63,963 nucleotides of DNA, filler included, from Basidioascus undulatus (GCA_000826855.1; 5 parts of 5 records of this genome joined end to end with filler, not necessarily neighbours in it); one strand, 5' to 3'; positions 49,021 through 62,830 are shown, counted from the first letter of the whole stretch. The notes: generated by a model not told the origin, from the letters alone. Made by a program: numbers and translations.

Positions 49021-51071
49021 TAATCCCCAAGACTCAGAAGGCCGCGGTCTTTTACAAGCATGGCGGGCCTGTCACCGTTGAAGTGCGTCCAAACCCCTTC
49101 GATCTCTCCGGACATTCTGCACTGACTCGGTACTCTGCTTCATGTAGGAAATCCCGGTTACAAAGCAAGTTCTTTTGGTTGCTCTTTTCCTGACAGCTGC
49201 TGGCTCACCTCTATTCCTCGCAGACCCGAGGCACTGAAGCCCGGCGAGTGCCTCGTCAAGGTCATCTACTCCGGCGTTACGTCTTTTCAGCATATTGGAT
49301 CCACCGTCTCAATAGCTGATGCTCTCAGTATGCCACACCGACTTGCACACTCTCCTCGGCGACTGGCCTCTGGACAACAAGCTTCCTCTCGTTGGGTGGG
49401 TTGATCGTTCTCGTCTGCTTGCTTCGGACGAGCTGACATCGATTCTGTTGCCAATACAGTGGACACGAAGGTTCGTTAGTCCCCATTCCCATAACTCAAT
49501 CATCCCTTTTACTGAACGCGGGATTATTAAACAGGCGCCGGCTACGTCGTGGCCATCGGCGAACACACGGATACCGACATCCGAGTGGGCGACGCAGTGG
49601 GCATCAAATGGCTAGCCAGTTCCTGTCTGCGCTGCGAAGTATGTCTGAAACTTCCACTTCATAACAATGACCAATATTTATGCCTCGCACCTCCAGCACT
49701 GTCGCAAGGCGAAGAAGCTGTCCGTCTCAAGCCCGAGAACGCGGGCTTCAGCGTCGACGTCTCCTTCCAACAATACGCGGTTGTGAGTTTTGGGTCTGGA
49801 AATCAATGCAAGTATCTTTACTCACCCCAGTACTTTATTCAGTCCTTCGTTCAGCATGTCACGCCCACCCCGAAGGGCCTGAGCCTGGACGCGGCTGCTC
49901 CTATGCTCTGCGTGCGTCCGTTCTCCTCGTCTCATGGGCGCCAACTGAGGTCTTCCTGCACAGGCTGGTGTCACTGTCTACAAGGCTCTCAAGCAGGCGA
50001 ACCTCACCCCTGGTGACACGGTCGCGATCACTGGTGCCGATGGTGGACTCGGCCACCTTGCCACTCAGGTAATTCCCAGGTTCAGTGCCATACTCTGTAC
50101 CCCCAGTATAAATGCTAACAATTGAACTTCACAGTACGCTGCCGCAATGGGCATGCGCGTCGTGGTGATCGACTCGGGGTACGTTTCTGGAGGCAAAAGC
50201 TTACATGACAGGGCACAGATCTCTTGGGGTGTGTGCAGCGAGGAGAAGCAGAAGCTCTGCATGTTGCTCGGGGCGGAATCTTGGATAGACTTCAAGCCGG
50301 CAGGAGACGTGAGTTTCTTCCGCTTCAACGGTCAACGCCGCAGCGAAGAGGCTGATCTGACGATTGTCCTCTTTCGTCCAGAACATCGTCCAGGAGATCA
50401 AGGATGCGACTGAGGGCTACGGTAAGCTTCCCGATAATGCCCAAGTCATCCCACCTTCACCGTGCTGATGGTTCCTTTGGCTTGAAAGGTCCCCACGCTG
50501 CCATCGTCGCTGCATCGTCCTCGGCGGCGTACGAGCTGGCTATGAACTACATCCGTCCAGACGGCACCCTGTGAGTCCTCTTCAGCTTGTGTTCAAGAAT
50601 TTGACTAATTTTGAACATTTCTATAGGGTCGCAGTCGGTCTGCCGCCGAAGGCTGTCATCAAGTGAGAAAAGCTCGTCGACTTCTCACCCAGCGCCGAAG
50701 CTGACATGCACCTGCTTACAGGGCCGACGTCTTCTGGTCCGTCCTGCACAACCAGCGCATCGTGAGCTCCTACGTCGGTAACCGCCAGGACGCGATTGAG
50801 GCTTTGGACTTCCCTGCCCGCGGAAAGGTCAAGATTTGTAAGTCGTGCTACTTTCGATGCCTCAAGCTGCATTATAATGTTTCTCGGCGTTTTGCAGCCT
50901 ACCGCATCCAGGAGCTCGAGCGGCTGCCCTCGATCTACGAAGCCATGCACAAGAACCAGCGCAAGTGATCTTCCTGCTTCTTAGCGTCCAGACCCCTTAG
51001 CTCACTCCTGCTTTTCAGTGGTGGGCCGGATCGTTCTAGACCTCGGACACGCTGACAAAACAGCCGCATGA
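49021..51071 (+). pseudogene. Zinc-dependent alcohol dehydrogenase (ADH1-like), disrupted; many introns
   Basis: [79 protein letters not shown]. Lesions: frameshift at about 49706-49710, fourth structural-zinc Cys codon is CGT (49723-49725), DGSF now DVSF, GAGGGLG now GADGGLG, no clear ATG. Confidence 0.88.
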
Positions 51072-52399
51072 ACACCTTCATACGGCCCCGTTCCACCTTT
51101 CACTCCCCTTTCATGAACTGAACTTTCGCATACGCTCGTGCCAATGTAATAGATATGGATCCTAAGATCATTAGCTTCATAGATTTCCGTGCTCAACCCG
51201 ACCGCAACCACTATGCAGTGGGTCTGGCATGCAAAGCCAGGTTTGCCTCCTCAATCAGAAACTCTTCCAAACCTCCCCACAAGGGACAAGGGAAGTTATG
51301 AGTCTTTCTGTTTAGGGAGCAGATGAGGATCATCAACGAGGCCGTCTGGGTTCTCCATGAAGTTCGAACAAGCCAGCAAGATGCGCAGGTGCGCTACGAC
51401 TCGCAATTGTGTTGTCCCTCCAGCGGGCTGTCGACCTCTGTCATCAACTCGAACTCGATACTGCCCATACTTCATGCACAAGTCTCTCGTGGTCACTTTT
51501 CCTTTTACTAAGCCAGCACCGCCAGCAGCTCCATCCAGCCCGCAACAGGATCCCCGTACTCCACCCATTTCTCATATACAGAACATCACCCTCTCCCACC
51601 TTAAAACTCTGAAGTCCCAGATTCGCCCGCCGCTACGCTGCAGGTTCACCGCGCCCCGCGCGCTGTCGCCATTCAGTTCCGGTCCCGTTTGCCATCGCGC
51701 TATTCTCCGACGTGAGTGTGCCCAGGCGCCGACGGACGAGGTACCATATTCAACCCAACTTTCTTCAGACACAGTTTACATTTGGAAGACTGCATCAGTC
51801 CGCGCCAGCCTGAGCGCCGCGGCATCCTCATGCGACTCGGGATTAGTACGTTCCCGCCCTATCGACGAGTTGCATCAGGCAACCGCTGAGGACGTGCTCC
51901 ACATTCACAGGCAGCCACGGGTTCCTCTTGTGCGACTGACTGGCCTCGGAAGAGTGTACACGACGCGGTTCATTTTTCCCCAATCTTCGAGCCTGCTGCA
52001 GCGAGCTTAGCAGTACCCGAACGAACAGGGACCTCGCTTGCTACCGTCCAGCGCTTTTCGGTGAGTCGGTGGTAAATCGGCCGCAAGGGACAGGGGGTTG
52101 AGGCTGACAATCCGGGACGAGGAAGACGGAGTCCTTGCCGAGAACGGACTCGAGGTGCGCGCAGTTGGAAAGGGTGGGGAAGATGAGCGACAGGGCGACT
52201 CTGCTCATCCGAGCGTCAGCCAGTTGAGTATGGGGAGGCTTCTGCCGGAAACGCGCACCAAAAGCACAGCGGAGGGCGGATGCCTTCTCGTTGCGCGTTT
52301 CCTGCAGACGCCTCGCCGTCCTTAACTGACTGACCCTTAGTTGAGCAGACGTCACCCTGTCCCTCATCTTCCACTTCTCGTCATTCCTCCCACCATGAC

Positions 52400-52945
52400 A
52401 ACAGGTGAGCTTCCCGCTTCTGTTCGCAGCGCTGCCCCTCACTGCCACCCGACAGAGCTCTACCGTCCTGCCAGGCGGCCGGGCTGCGAGTCGCCTTTCT
52501 CAGTTTTCCTCGAGGTTTGTGAAAGGCTGGCTGACGCAGTGCGCAGGTAGTAAGACAGGCTCCCCCTGGTCCGACCCGACAATCCCCCTCTCGGCGCATC
52601 GCGAGCTCTACGGCGCGATCGTCGCCATCGCAGACCTCTATTGCATCCTCGCCCATCTCTGCGATTCTTGCCTGGACGAGCGCGAGTGGCCGTTCAGTCT
52701 GGGGAGACGCTGCATGAACCTCTACCGGCCGACTATCGACGATGCGGTCCGTTCCCGGTCGGCCACCGCTGTGCGCGCGACGATCTTCTCGCACGTGGCC
52801 AGCTGCGCTTTCGATGGCAGGATTACCTTCACTGAGACGGCCCAACCGGAGCGTGACCAAGTCAAGGCGCTCCGTGAGGGCAATTTGGCTGCCTGCAACA
52901 GCAGTTGCCACCCGGGCAGTGGTACGCTTTCGTGCGGGTCCTTGT
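52400..52945 (+). pseudogene. Unknown spliced gene or remnant, copy A of an inverted paralogue pair; boundaries approximate
   Basis: After a CTGAC..CAG acceptor near 52546: ELYGAIVAIADLYCIL..EREWPFSLGRRCMNLYRPTIDDAVRSRSATAVRATIFSHVASCAFDGRI. Confidence 0.45.
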
Positions 52946-52959
52946 TAGGCGGCCTCTGT

Positions 52960-53460
52960 TCCCCAAGGACTCGATCTCCAAAAAGCAACGGCCTGCCCAC
53001 AGAATGCGGCTTGGGGCTTAAGTCTTTGTGCAGGAGAGGCCCGGCGAAGGCGTGCACGAAGGCGTACCGCTGGCTGGGGGGCAGCTTCTGGCGGGCCGCC
53101 CAGCTTGCCGTCGCTGTGCGCCTTGACGAGGGTGCGCCCCCGCAGGCGCGTACTCTCGTGGAAGGCCAGTTGGCCATGAGATCGGCGACCTTGCCGTTCA
53201 CGGCCAAGCTGGCGTCGTGCGAGAAAATCGTCGCGCGTGCGGCGGTTGCTGACCCCAGCGGATGGCCTTGTCGAAGGTCGGGCAGTACAGGTCCATGCGT
53301 AGGTTTTGCAAGTTGAGCGGCCACGACGCTCGCCTCGGCGGGCATTGGGGAGCTGTTCGAGGGTGAAGCAGCGGCGATTTGCGACGGCGACGGGTTTGCG
53401 CACATTGCTAGGACACAAGCAGACCATTTTGGACAAGCGGTAGATGAACTGCTTCTCTGG
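52960..53460 (-). pseudogene. Frameshifted copy B of the same unknown family; boundaries approximate
   Basis: PVAVANRRCF..GER/WPLNLQNLRMDLYCPTFDKAIR/GSATAARATIFSHDASLAVNGKV aligns with copy A across two frameshifts. Confidence 0.5.
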
Positions 53461-54310
53461 CAGTCTGCTTATGCTCTACGGTCTTATGGAGAACTCCTGC
53501 TGGTCCGTGAGGGACTTCAGTGATACTGCTTGTTCAATCATGCACCATGGTTGGCAAGGCTAACTCTGTGAAACTGCCCGAAGGCATGTGCCACGCCATA
53601 ACCTGAGCAAAACACGTCCACGCTTCTGGAATCCTTGATAATTCGCCCCGCGTGTGCTTCTGATATAGTCCAAAGCGTATCAGATGGAAGATAGGAACGG
53701 GAGGAAGCTGACATGGTGCCGACTTTGAGCTGCAAGGTGTTTGCGCCGACAGCAGCCATTCCGACGGGCCCGAGCTCTCTGGATGCTCCGTACTATTGAA
53801 TACACATTGAAAACCTCACTTAGGTGCTCATTTTCTTGGTATGATAATGCATTACAAGCTGTACCCGCACCGTTGCCGACTCCGGAGTCACCGCCCGGTT
53901 GCGGCAGCTTGCACACCAACCTTGCGCTTTCACTCTACGGAACGGAAGTGACTTTTGTCATGTATCAGGGCTCTTTATGTTGTACTAGCAGTTAATCGTG
54001 ACTATACCCGGAAGTTTATTAGAAACAAGTATAATGTAGATAAGGCCCGATGCGGGGCAGGTCCCGAACCCTTCGATCTCTGAGATGGGCGGGCTTATTC
54101 CGTTCCCACTTGTCCGTCGGCATGCCCTGCACGCTCGTCTCGCATCTCGACGCCATATCCATACTGGCTGTCCTAACCAATATTCCTATGCATACCTCAA
54201 AAGTTCACCCAATCATTAGTTTCTTTCATACACCCCATCCCATCCCATCCGCCCCTTCCAGCTCTCACCCTTCCATCTTCCCTCCCCTTTCCGCCAGCCC
54301 CCTCCAACCC

Positions 54311-54992
54311 TCAGTCCGTATCCGGCGGACTCCTCCCAACCAGAACCCTCCCGGTATTCCACACCATCTGTCCCGCGGCGCCCGCCAGGGCGCCCGCAAG
54401 CGCGAGCCTCGGCGCCGTAAGCGGTTGACCATTGATGATTACTTTCATTCCCCCGGCCGGTGTAAGTTCCGTTCTGGCAAGGTGGGAGAGAGGTGGAGAA
54501 AGGGACGTACTCCGCCCATGCAAGCGCCAGGGCACAGTAACCGCGCCCGCGACGGCCGAGTCGCGCACGCGATAGGTGTACTTCCCGTAGTCGGGGCCGA
54601 ACGTCGAGTCGAGGACGGGGATGACCAGGAGGTTCCTTCGCTCCTACCCGTGCCTCAGTACCTCCTTCCTGTTCCCAGAGGGGGTGGGAGAATCACCTTG
54701 TCCCGAGAAATAGAAGCGCGGTCCAGCTTGCCTGCCCCGCCACCACGCCAGCCATGAACGGCCCGGGGCGCACGACAGCGACGCCCCCTAGGGCCTCGGC
54801 CGCGGCGAAGCGCTCGACGGGGAGGGCCATGGTGTACCCTACTAGGCCGCCGACGGCACCTGCGGGAAGTGGGAGTTGGGGTTTGGGGAGCAAGGGGAAG
54901 GGAAAGGTAGAGGAGGGAGGGAGCCTCGACGAACCGGCGGCGATTGTGCCTTTGAGAGTTTGAGAGACCGCATCACCGAGGTGGAAGTCCAT
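54311..54992 (-). CDS. Small Gly/Ala-rich multi-pass membrane protein, Tim17/Tim22/NDUFA11-like; multi-exon
   Basis: MDFHLGDAVSQTLKGTIAAG/AVGGLVG, MAGVVAGQASWTALLFLG, RDSAVAGAVT, LALAGALAGAAGQMVWN: four GxxxG-type hydrophobic segments. Family assignment tentative. Confidence 0.55.
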
Positions 54993-55797
54993 CGTGTGAA
55001 AGTGAGTCTGCCGGTGGAAGGGACGTGGTGGGCTGGTATGTAGAAGTGTGAAGTCGAGTCGAGGAAGCTGGTGAGAGAGACTCACTATCAAGGTTCGTTC
55101 GATGACGACGTCTCCGGAACCACCTTCTAATATCAATTCCCGTCGCTTTGTGGTGTTCCAAGTCAGTGAGCCTCACCCCTCGTCTGCTTGCGGGTCGGGT
55201 CGCTCGCACTTGCATTGACGTGCCTTTTGGCTGGCCTTTCAACACTAGGTACCGAGCTTTCTTTGGCCTGTGGCCTGCTGTCCAACGTACGTAGTATCGT
55301 CAACCCGCCTCTTTCTAACTACACTCGAGAGCCCTCTCGCTTCCCCGAAACTGCCCAATAACCATTCCGGCGTCCATCCGTTCGCAACCCAGCTCCCCGA
55401 AGCCCCACCAAAATCTGCCGGGCACCCCCGCTCTCGTTCACCCCGCACCGTCTAGACGGGTCTGAACACTGTCTAGCTGGAGTCTGGGACACCCCTGGTA
55501 CCCGCACTGTACCCAGCCCAGCGTTTTCAGTGGGGATTAGTGAATTGATACGGAGCGTGAACGTTACTGCCAGATGCAGTCAGGACAGCGAACAGAACAA
55601 TGATGATTAGTGCTGTATGAGCGAAGTGTATGGCCCGGTCCGTCGGTGGTAAAAGGCGTTCTGGCCGGGCAGAGTAAGCGGGCATACCGAGCGGATGTGC
55701 AGGCCAGGCGACGATTATGCGAGCAAAGACCAAATTATCGAGGTGGGATACTAGACGAATGGGTGTGAAAAGCGAATAATCACGATGTGAATATCAG

Positions 55798-55849
55798 CGT
55801 GAAGTGAACGTGAAGTGAATGTAAGTGAGCGTGAGCGTAAGCGTGAGCT
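55798..55849 (+). repeat. Degenerate 5-6-bp tandem repeat (GCGTGA/GTGAA) upstream of a possible gene start cut by the gap
   Basis: cgtgaagtgaacgtgaagtgaatgtaagtgagcgtgagcgtaagcgtgagc. Confidence 0.6.
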
Positions 55850-56078
55850 CCTCGGCGCACGATGCGAGCGTACGCCTTCTCCACCCGCCGCCCATCGCCC
55901 GCCCTTCAGTGCCCATCCAAGACCCGAACCCATATCGCACTTCCAATCCAGCCCCATGTATCTCGAAACGCTCATCAATGCCGCCTCACAGCACACCTCA
56001 TGCACCCTTCGCTGGCACCGCCCCCTCCGCTGCGGGTTCTGGTGTCCGCGGGGCAACGGCGGCGGGGGAAACGGAGCG

Positions 56079-56178
56079 NNNNNNNNNNNNNNNNNNNNNN
56101 NNNNNNNNNNNNNNNNNNNNNNTTAATTAATTAANNNNNNNNNNNNNNNNNNNNNNNNNNNNNNNNNNNNNNNNNNNN
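56079..56178. other. Assembly gap with artificial six-frame-stop linker
   Basis: 44 N + TTAATTAATTAA + 44 N. Confidence 0.98.
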
Positions 56179-59100
56179 ATAGCGGGTGCAGCCATGGAAG
56201 GCGACACGATGATCTCCTGCCACCCGCTATCCTGCACGCGATGTTTCTTCTCGTCCTCGCCGCTCCCCCTCCCGCCATTCCCATTCAACATCCCGCTCAC
56301 GTTCCTCGTCGCAAACTCGAGCGCGCCCACATCGGCGGCGGGGCTCTGCTGCCTGCTGAGCGACTCGCCGAACCCGAACCCGCCGAACCCATGCCCATTC
56401 CCGCCGCTGTCCTTCTTTCCCGCACCGCGCAGCGAGGCAAAAAGCCCGTGCCCTCCGCCGCCGGCCTTGGGGCTGCGCGGCGGGCTCATTGGCGGGTCGT
56501 ATCCCGCGCGCGAGAGGCTGATGTACCGCGTCGAGCTGCCCGCGCCCGCGCGGAAAGGGTCGTCGGGCGGCGTCGCGGGGCGCCACGAGCGCGAGATCGA
56601 CGGCGAGGAGACGAGCTTGCTGCCGCTGATGTTGCTCAGGCCTCCGCCCGGCGGGGCGCTCGACTTGCGCCCGCGCAAGGTCGAGAGGAGCGACTTGCCG
56701 CCGCGCTTACGCTTCTCGCCCAAGGCAATTTCTGCGGAGGAAGCCTGTCAGTTGCGGAGGAGTGGAGAGAAAAGGGGAGGACACGAGACGCACGGTACTC
56801 GAGCGGCACAACCTCCTCGAGCAAGAACCAGGCGTCCTCCGTGCGGGGGTCGGCCGGATCGCCAGGCTGCTTCATCCGCGGGTCGTACTTTGGCGGGAGG
56901 GTCTTGAAGTGGATCTGTTCTCACGCCCGCCATCCCATCAGCCTCTCCCTTTCTTCTTACTGTGAAGGAGAATTGAAACGCACCAGCGCCCAGCTGGCCG
57001 GACGGTACGTGAGCTCCTCGCGGTCGTCCCACCCGCAGCTGAGGAGGACGTCCGCCCACGCGTCGACAAAGCCCTCGACGATCCCCACGGGCCGCTCGAC
57101 GCGCGGCCTCGGGTCGTGGTCGAACGCGGGCAGATGCTTGAGCTGCTTCTTCAGGCGTGCCGAGAGCCTGTATACCACCAACGGGCAATCAATCAGCTAC
57201 CTCGCTCTGAATTTATTACCCAACATCTAAAAACAGCCCCGGACGAGAAGAGAAAAAGGGGGTAGGAGAAAGAGGAGAGATGGCAAACGCACTGTTCCCG
57301 CTCCTCCGGCCAGTGGTCCACCTGCTGCTCGACGGGCTGGGAGAACTGCAGCTGGGCGGCGAGGAGGCTCTCGCGCTTGCCGAACCCGGCCTGGGCAAAG
57401 TCGGACCAGTCGACGGTCTGGCGGACTTCGAAGCGGGCCTTGGACCCCAACCCCAAATCAGCGCTCTGCTCTGAAACGTCGAGAGGGGGAGGAAACGAAG
57501 GAGGGGTGGAAGGAGGAGGGCTGGGGAGAGGAAAGCGCACCTTTTTCTGGCTCTCGTTCAAATCAAACTCGAGCTTTTTCCTCGTCTCCCCCTCGCCCGC
57601 CGCATCAAACCCGCCCTCCAAGAACATATTCCACTGCATATCCACCAAACTCCTCCACCTAGCAACCTCCGCGCCCTCTCCCGCAGCAGCACCCTTGCTG
57701 CCGCCCTTTCTCTCGGCCGCCACGTGGTGCTGCGGGATGGCAAGGCGGCGCCGATACTCGTCCGAGAAGGCGGGGAGGTACTCCGGGCTGCGCGCGAGAA
57801 GGGAGGAGGGTGGAGTGCCAGGTGGGAGGGGACGGAGGAGGCGGTCCCACTCCCGCGAGGGGGGGACATCCCAGGTGGGGGAAGAACGGACTAGGTCGGG
57901 CGAGTAGAGACGCGTTGTGCGCTGGATGTGCGAGACGTAGATTAGGCGCGCGGAGGGGGGCGGGGGGGAGAGGGAGGGGGAGAGCATGGAAGGGTAGCCC
58001 TGGGAGGTGGGATGGAATGAGGATGCGAGCTTCGTATGACGGGGACAGGAGGAAGGAGAAGCGCACCTTGATCCAGTCCTGCAGCCTCACCGCCACGCCC
58101 GCCGCGCCCTTCATCCGTTCCCTCTCGTCCTCCGCGCGGATATACGACAGTAACACATGTTCCGTCGCATTCGCGCCCACGACAAACGCGTCGTAAGCGT
58201 GTTCGAACGGGGCGTTGGGGGGTCCGAGCCCAAAGAGGAGCGGCCCGAAGAGGTGCGCGAGGCGCGTTGGCGTTCCGCCGTTCGTGGATGCGTGCGCGGC
58301 CGTGCGCGAGAGGATGTGGAGCGTGTTGTCGAGGAGGGAGGCGGTCACGGGCGGGAGGAGGCGGAGGAGGGCCGTGTACGCGTTGGGCGGGTAGTTCGCC
58401 CCGCGCTCCGTCTCGCGCCACCGCTCGTACACCGCTAAGTCGACGAACCCGCGCTCCTTCTCCGGCAGGCCCCCCGCGCTGCTGTCGATCCCTGCTGCGA
58501 CTTCGTCGGGGAAGGGGGAGGGGGACGAGACGCGCACGATGCGCGCGAGCGCCCAGCGCACCACGGCTGCGAGATCGTGCACGCATGCGAAGGCGATTTC
58601 GGTCTCCCACTCGCGCCGGGCGGGGGACGTGGAGGGGGAGATGCGCGCGCGGAGGAGGAGGGAGAGGAGGGAGTGGATGGATGAGGGCGGGGAGAGGTCG
58701 AGCGCGAGGGAGCTGAACAGCAGGGGGGCCGTCAGACCTGGGGGAACAAGAAAGGGTGTCAGTGACCGCGTCTCTTGATAATTTGGGTGTAGGCTTGTGT
58801 GTAGGATTGCTCGGGGGAGGACAAGAATCTCCCATCTCGCCCCTGGATGCTGTACGACCGCCGGTCCGCTCACTCACCTCTCCTGCAGATCTCGCCTCCA
58901 ACCTGCTGGACAATTCCATTCACCTCCTCCACGCCGAGCACCAGCCCCGTCTCAAACCCAAGATAGCCATACTCCGGCGCTGGCTGCTGGCCCGCAGCAG
59001 CCGCGTCGAGCAGTGCTGCGTCCGCCGGGCCAGGGTAGCTGGACCCCTTCTTCCTCGCCCCCGAGCCCGCGCCCCCCGTGCCCGCCGTCGGAAGCGGAGG

Positions 59101-59241
59101 GAGCGCCCCAAAGTCGTGGAACGCGGAGGAGGAGGACTCGGCGTGGGACTTGTTGGTGCGGAGGGAGGAGGTCGACTTGGACGAGGGCAGGCCGAGCGCG
59201 TGCGAGGACGACGAGCCCTTGCGCCCGAGCGACTTGAGCAT
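56179..59241 (-). CDS. Msb1/Mug8 (DUF1708) RhoGAP-like domain protein; 3' end lost in gap
   Basis: VLGVEEVNGIVQQVGGEICRRG/LTAPLLFSSLALD, HDLAAVVRWALAR, YERWRETERGANYPPNAY, AAHASTNGGTPTRLAHLFGPLLFGL, ATEHVLLSYIR, WIK/GYP, LEFDLNES, VDWSDFAQAGF. Confidence 0.8.
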
Positions 59242-62200
59242 CGGGCGGGGCGGGGCGGAACGAGGCGGACGGGAAGGATGAGGAGGCGGGTGCCCAGCTC
59301 GTTAGGGCGGGATGGGGAGGGATGGGCGTCGGGGTCGGCTTAGGGGTCGTTGTGCGCGTGTGGGGGTGGCCGGGGCAACAGAGGCAGCGCGAGCGTTCGA
59401 GCGACGACAGCGGCGCTTGAAGGTCTGAGCTTGAAACGCGGGCACCCTCTGCCTCACCTGCAGCAGCCAGACCCCTCGACCTCAGTTCATTCATTTTCGA
59501 GGGCAGCATCTGCCTCAAATTGATGTTGAAGGGAATAATGAAGCTGCGAATGGACTGAGATCCCGACAGTTGGGCTCGGAGCGAAAATTTGGTGCTGCAG
59601 ACTGCTATTAAGCGGGCGAGCGAGGTCGATCGCTGCCTTGTGTTCCTTTCAAACCACGCCAACGCTTACCCGTTCAGAGGAGCTGTAACTACCGGTACAA
59701 GGTACCATCGGACCATCCCAAAACCATCCCGGGCACTCTGTCCGTGCACACCCGAAACTGACCCTTCGCAACAACTTTACGATTCTAGGACTCCGGCCCC
59801 GCATCCGCCATGATTTCTGCGTTACAGTACTGCATGGGATCCCTGCCGCCCACACTACGATCGTGCATCCCAAGCGTCCCAGGTGGGTACTCCCCGTTGA
59901 TGATGACGCTGACCTGTGGCTCGCTGACCATCCTGACAATCATGCTCCCCAATGCCCTGCCCCCCTTCTTCCTCATCCCTCCTCCTCCAGGCTCCCACTC
60001 CGCCATCCCCGCTCATAGCGCCTCTGCCCAGGAGTATCGTCGTCCCACACTGGACACCAGGAACTGCACACGAGACGGCACCCTCATGACGTTGATGTGC
60101 AGGGTGACATGCTCGCCGGCGCTGAGATCGCGAGCTAAGCTGAGCGCAACCACTGTGAGGGTGTGGAGTAAGTTGTTGTTTTGTTCGTCACCCACTCGTG
60201 GGCCCCGAGTGCGACCTGGCCCTGAGGCGAGGGATCCGAGGATGCGCCACGCATTGGGACAGTCGACTTTGTCTCCCGCCTTCCAATGCAAGCGCTCTGT
60301 CGGGGGAAGGGGTGTGTTCAGTCTCGAAGCTCCACACCTTCCAAACAATGAGGAGCAGAATAAGATAGATGAATGACACATGTCATAGCCGACCATAATG
60401 CACGGTGCACCGCGCTCATCAAGCTTGAGGTACGCTTCTCCTTCAGGACGAGGCAGAAGGCACGGCAGCCAAAGACACGGAGGTGCGTGCCGTGCGGAGC
60501 GGAGCCAGTCAAGATACAGTCAGGGACATCGTCGCCAATGGACGAATACAGCGAGCGGTTCTTGACATAGGCATAGGTGTAAGCAGCCTCCCCCCAGAGC
60601 GACCAGGGCAAACCGGAGTCGTTGAGCATGGTGCGGACACCAGGTTGGGACACTCAGCGTGCGCGTTCTACTGAGGGTTGTACGGAGTTGATTTTTGGTG
60701 GACGATGCCGTGTTGTGCGAGGTAGGCTTCGAAGGTGTTGGAGACGTACTGACCGCCGGTGTCGGTGCGGAGCGATTTGAGCTTCTGGCCAGTCTGTCGT
60801 TCGACGAGCGCATGGAACTCCTTGAAGCGAGCGAAGGCTTCCCACTTCGCCTTGAGGAGGTAGACGAAAAGCTTTCGGCTGTGGTCGTCGACAAAGGTGA
60901 GGATGTACCAGTTGCCGCCGAGGGAGCGCTGCTAGACGTCGAGGAGGTCCGAGTGGACGAGTGCGAGCACATGCGATGCACGCAAGGACGATATGGGATA
61001 CATAAGTTTATGCATCTTCCTGTGGATACAGGCCTCACACACGCACTTCTCCTCCTCCTTCTGGATGTCTAGCCCAAGGACGTGACCACTGCTGGCAAAT
61101 TGCTTAAGCGCCTGAGGGTTCAGATGTCCAAGGGGACGATGCCAAAGGGTGAGCGTGCGTGCAGGTGGAGCGGCGAGGAAGGCGGCGGCGTGCGCACCCG
61201 TGACGGCGATAGGGCCGGCAGGCTGGACGAGACGAAAGAGGCTGCCCAAAGCGGGCGTGAGTGACGACGCGGCCGTCCTTGGCATGGAAGGTGACGCCGT
61301 CATCGGAGAAGACGCTCCGGAAGCCGAGGCGGTTGAGACGCGAGACGGAGAGAAGGTTGGTGCCGATGCGCGGGCCGTAGAGGACGTTGCGGAGAATGAT
61401 GGTGCTTGCCTGACCATGTTCGGCAATAACGGGAATAATGATGCTCCCGACGGCGGTCGCATACATGACGGAGCCCTTCTCGGCAAGGCTGATCGGCTCG
61501 GGTTGGATGAGATGGAGCGAGACGAAGAGCGAACGGTCGCCTGACATCATGTGTGATGCTCCAGAGTCGACATACCAGCCCTCTTTGGTGGGGACGGTCG
61601 CGGAGAAGGCGCTGGCGGTCCAGGCAACGCTGGAGCCGGCGACATGCTCGATATCGACATCCGAGAGCGGCAGAGGCGCGGAGTCGATATGAGCAAGCCG
61701 GGCGGAAGGCGCGTATGCGGAAACCGGAGGAGAAGCGTAGGAGCCTGGTGACGGCGCAGGAGACGCGGGAGGCACCGGGTACGTCTGGGGAGCGACGAGC
61801 GGCGTAGGTGCGAAGAAGTGTTGAGGCGAAGGCCCAGGAGCGTGAGCGAGAGGAATCGGAGGAGACGAGCTGGCGGCAATGGCGGCGTGGGCAGCCTCAT
61901 TGCTCGCGAAGGGGCAGTCCTTGCGCCAGTGCATCGCGCCGCAGTTGCCGCACGGCGTCTTGGGCAGCTTGGAGAAGTTGATCGGACGTCCCCACCGGTT
62001 GAGGACAACGCCATCACCGTTGCCCTGCGCGCCGCGACCGCCACCGGCCTTGTTCCGTCCCTTCTGCTGCGCCAGGTAGGCGGAAGAGGACGTATTCTGG
62101 ACATCGGCACGACAGGCGGCTCCTGGAGGACGAGTGCTATGGCCTTGTCGAGTGAGAGTTCCTCGTCGCGGACCTCGAGGGCACCGACCCAGATAGACCA

Positions 62201-62830
62201 CGACTCGGGGAGGCTGGCGAAGAGGAGTGCGGAGAGGAAGTCTACGGGGAGGACGAGCTTCCGGACGAGGAGACTTTTGCTGATCTCGCGGAACTCCTTG
62301 ACAAAAGCGTCCACGGGGCCATCCTCCTGGAGCCTGAGGCGGACGAGGCGGGTGACGAGGTGCACCTTGATCTGGCGGTTCGAGGATTCGAACTGGGCGA
62401 TGATCTTCTCCCACAGCGCCTTGGCGGATGTGACGCCGAACTAGATGTGGATCTCCGAGGGAGCGAGCTAGGAGCGGATGAGGGAGAGCGCACGTCATTG
62501 GCGCGGTCCCACTCGACCTGCTGGATGCGCAGGGAAGCGGAGGGACCAGAATGAGGAACGGCGGGATCGAGAGAAGGCGAAGGAGGAAGAGGAACAGCCT
62601 GGGGTTCGAGCGCGAAGGGACGAGGGAGAGAGCCGTTGACGACGGGCCAGGTGTTGGACTGGATGAGGATGGACTCAGTGTAGACCTCCATGCCTGGTAG
62701 TTGTCGGGACCGGAAAGGCGGTCGTCGCCCTGGAGCGGTCGAACGGAAAGGTTGAGCCGAAGGAGAGTCGCGGAAGAGCTCATGGCGGGCTGGTGTTTCG
62801 GAAGCGGTCTGGAACGTCTAGAAGCGACGT

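Noticed and set aside
55956..56078. Possible gene start before the last gap
   Set aside because: Two candidate ATGs in different frames and only about 100 bp of sequence; cannot be called.
59785..60390. ORF pieces downstream of the copia integrase as possible RT
   Set aside because: No copia RT motifs (KARLVA, YVDD); identity unresolved.
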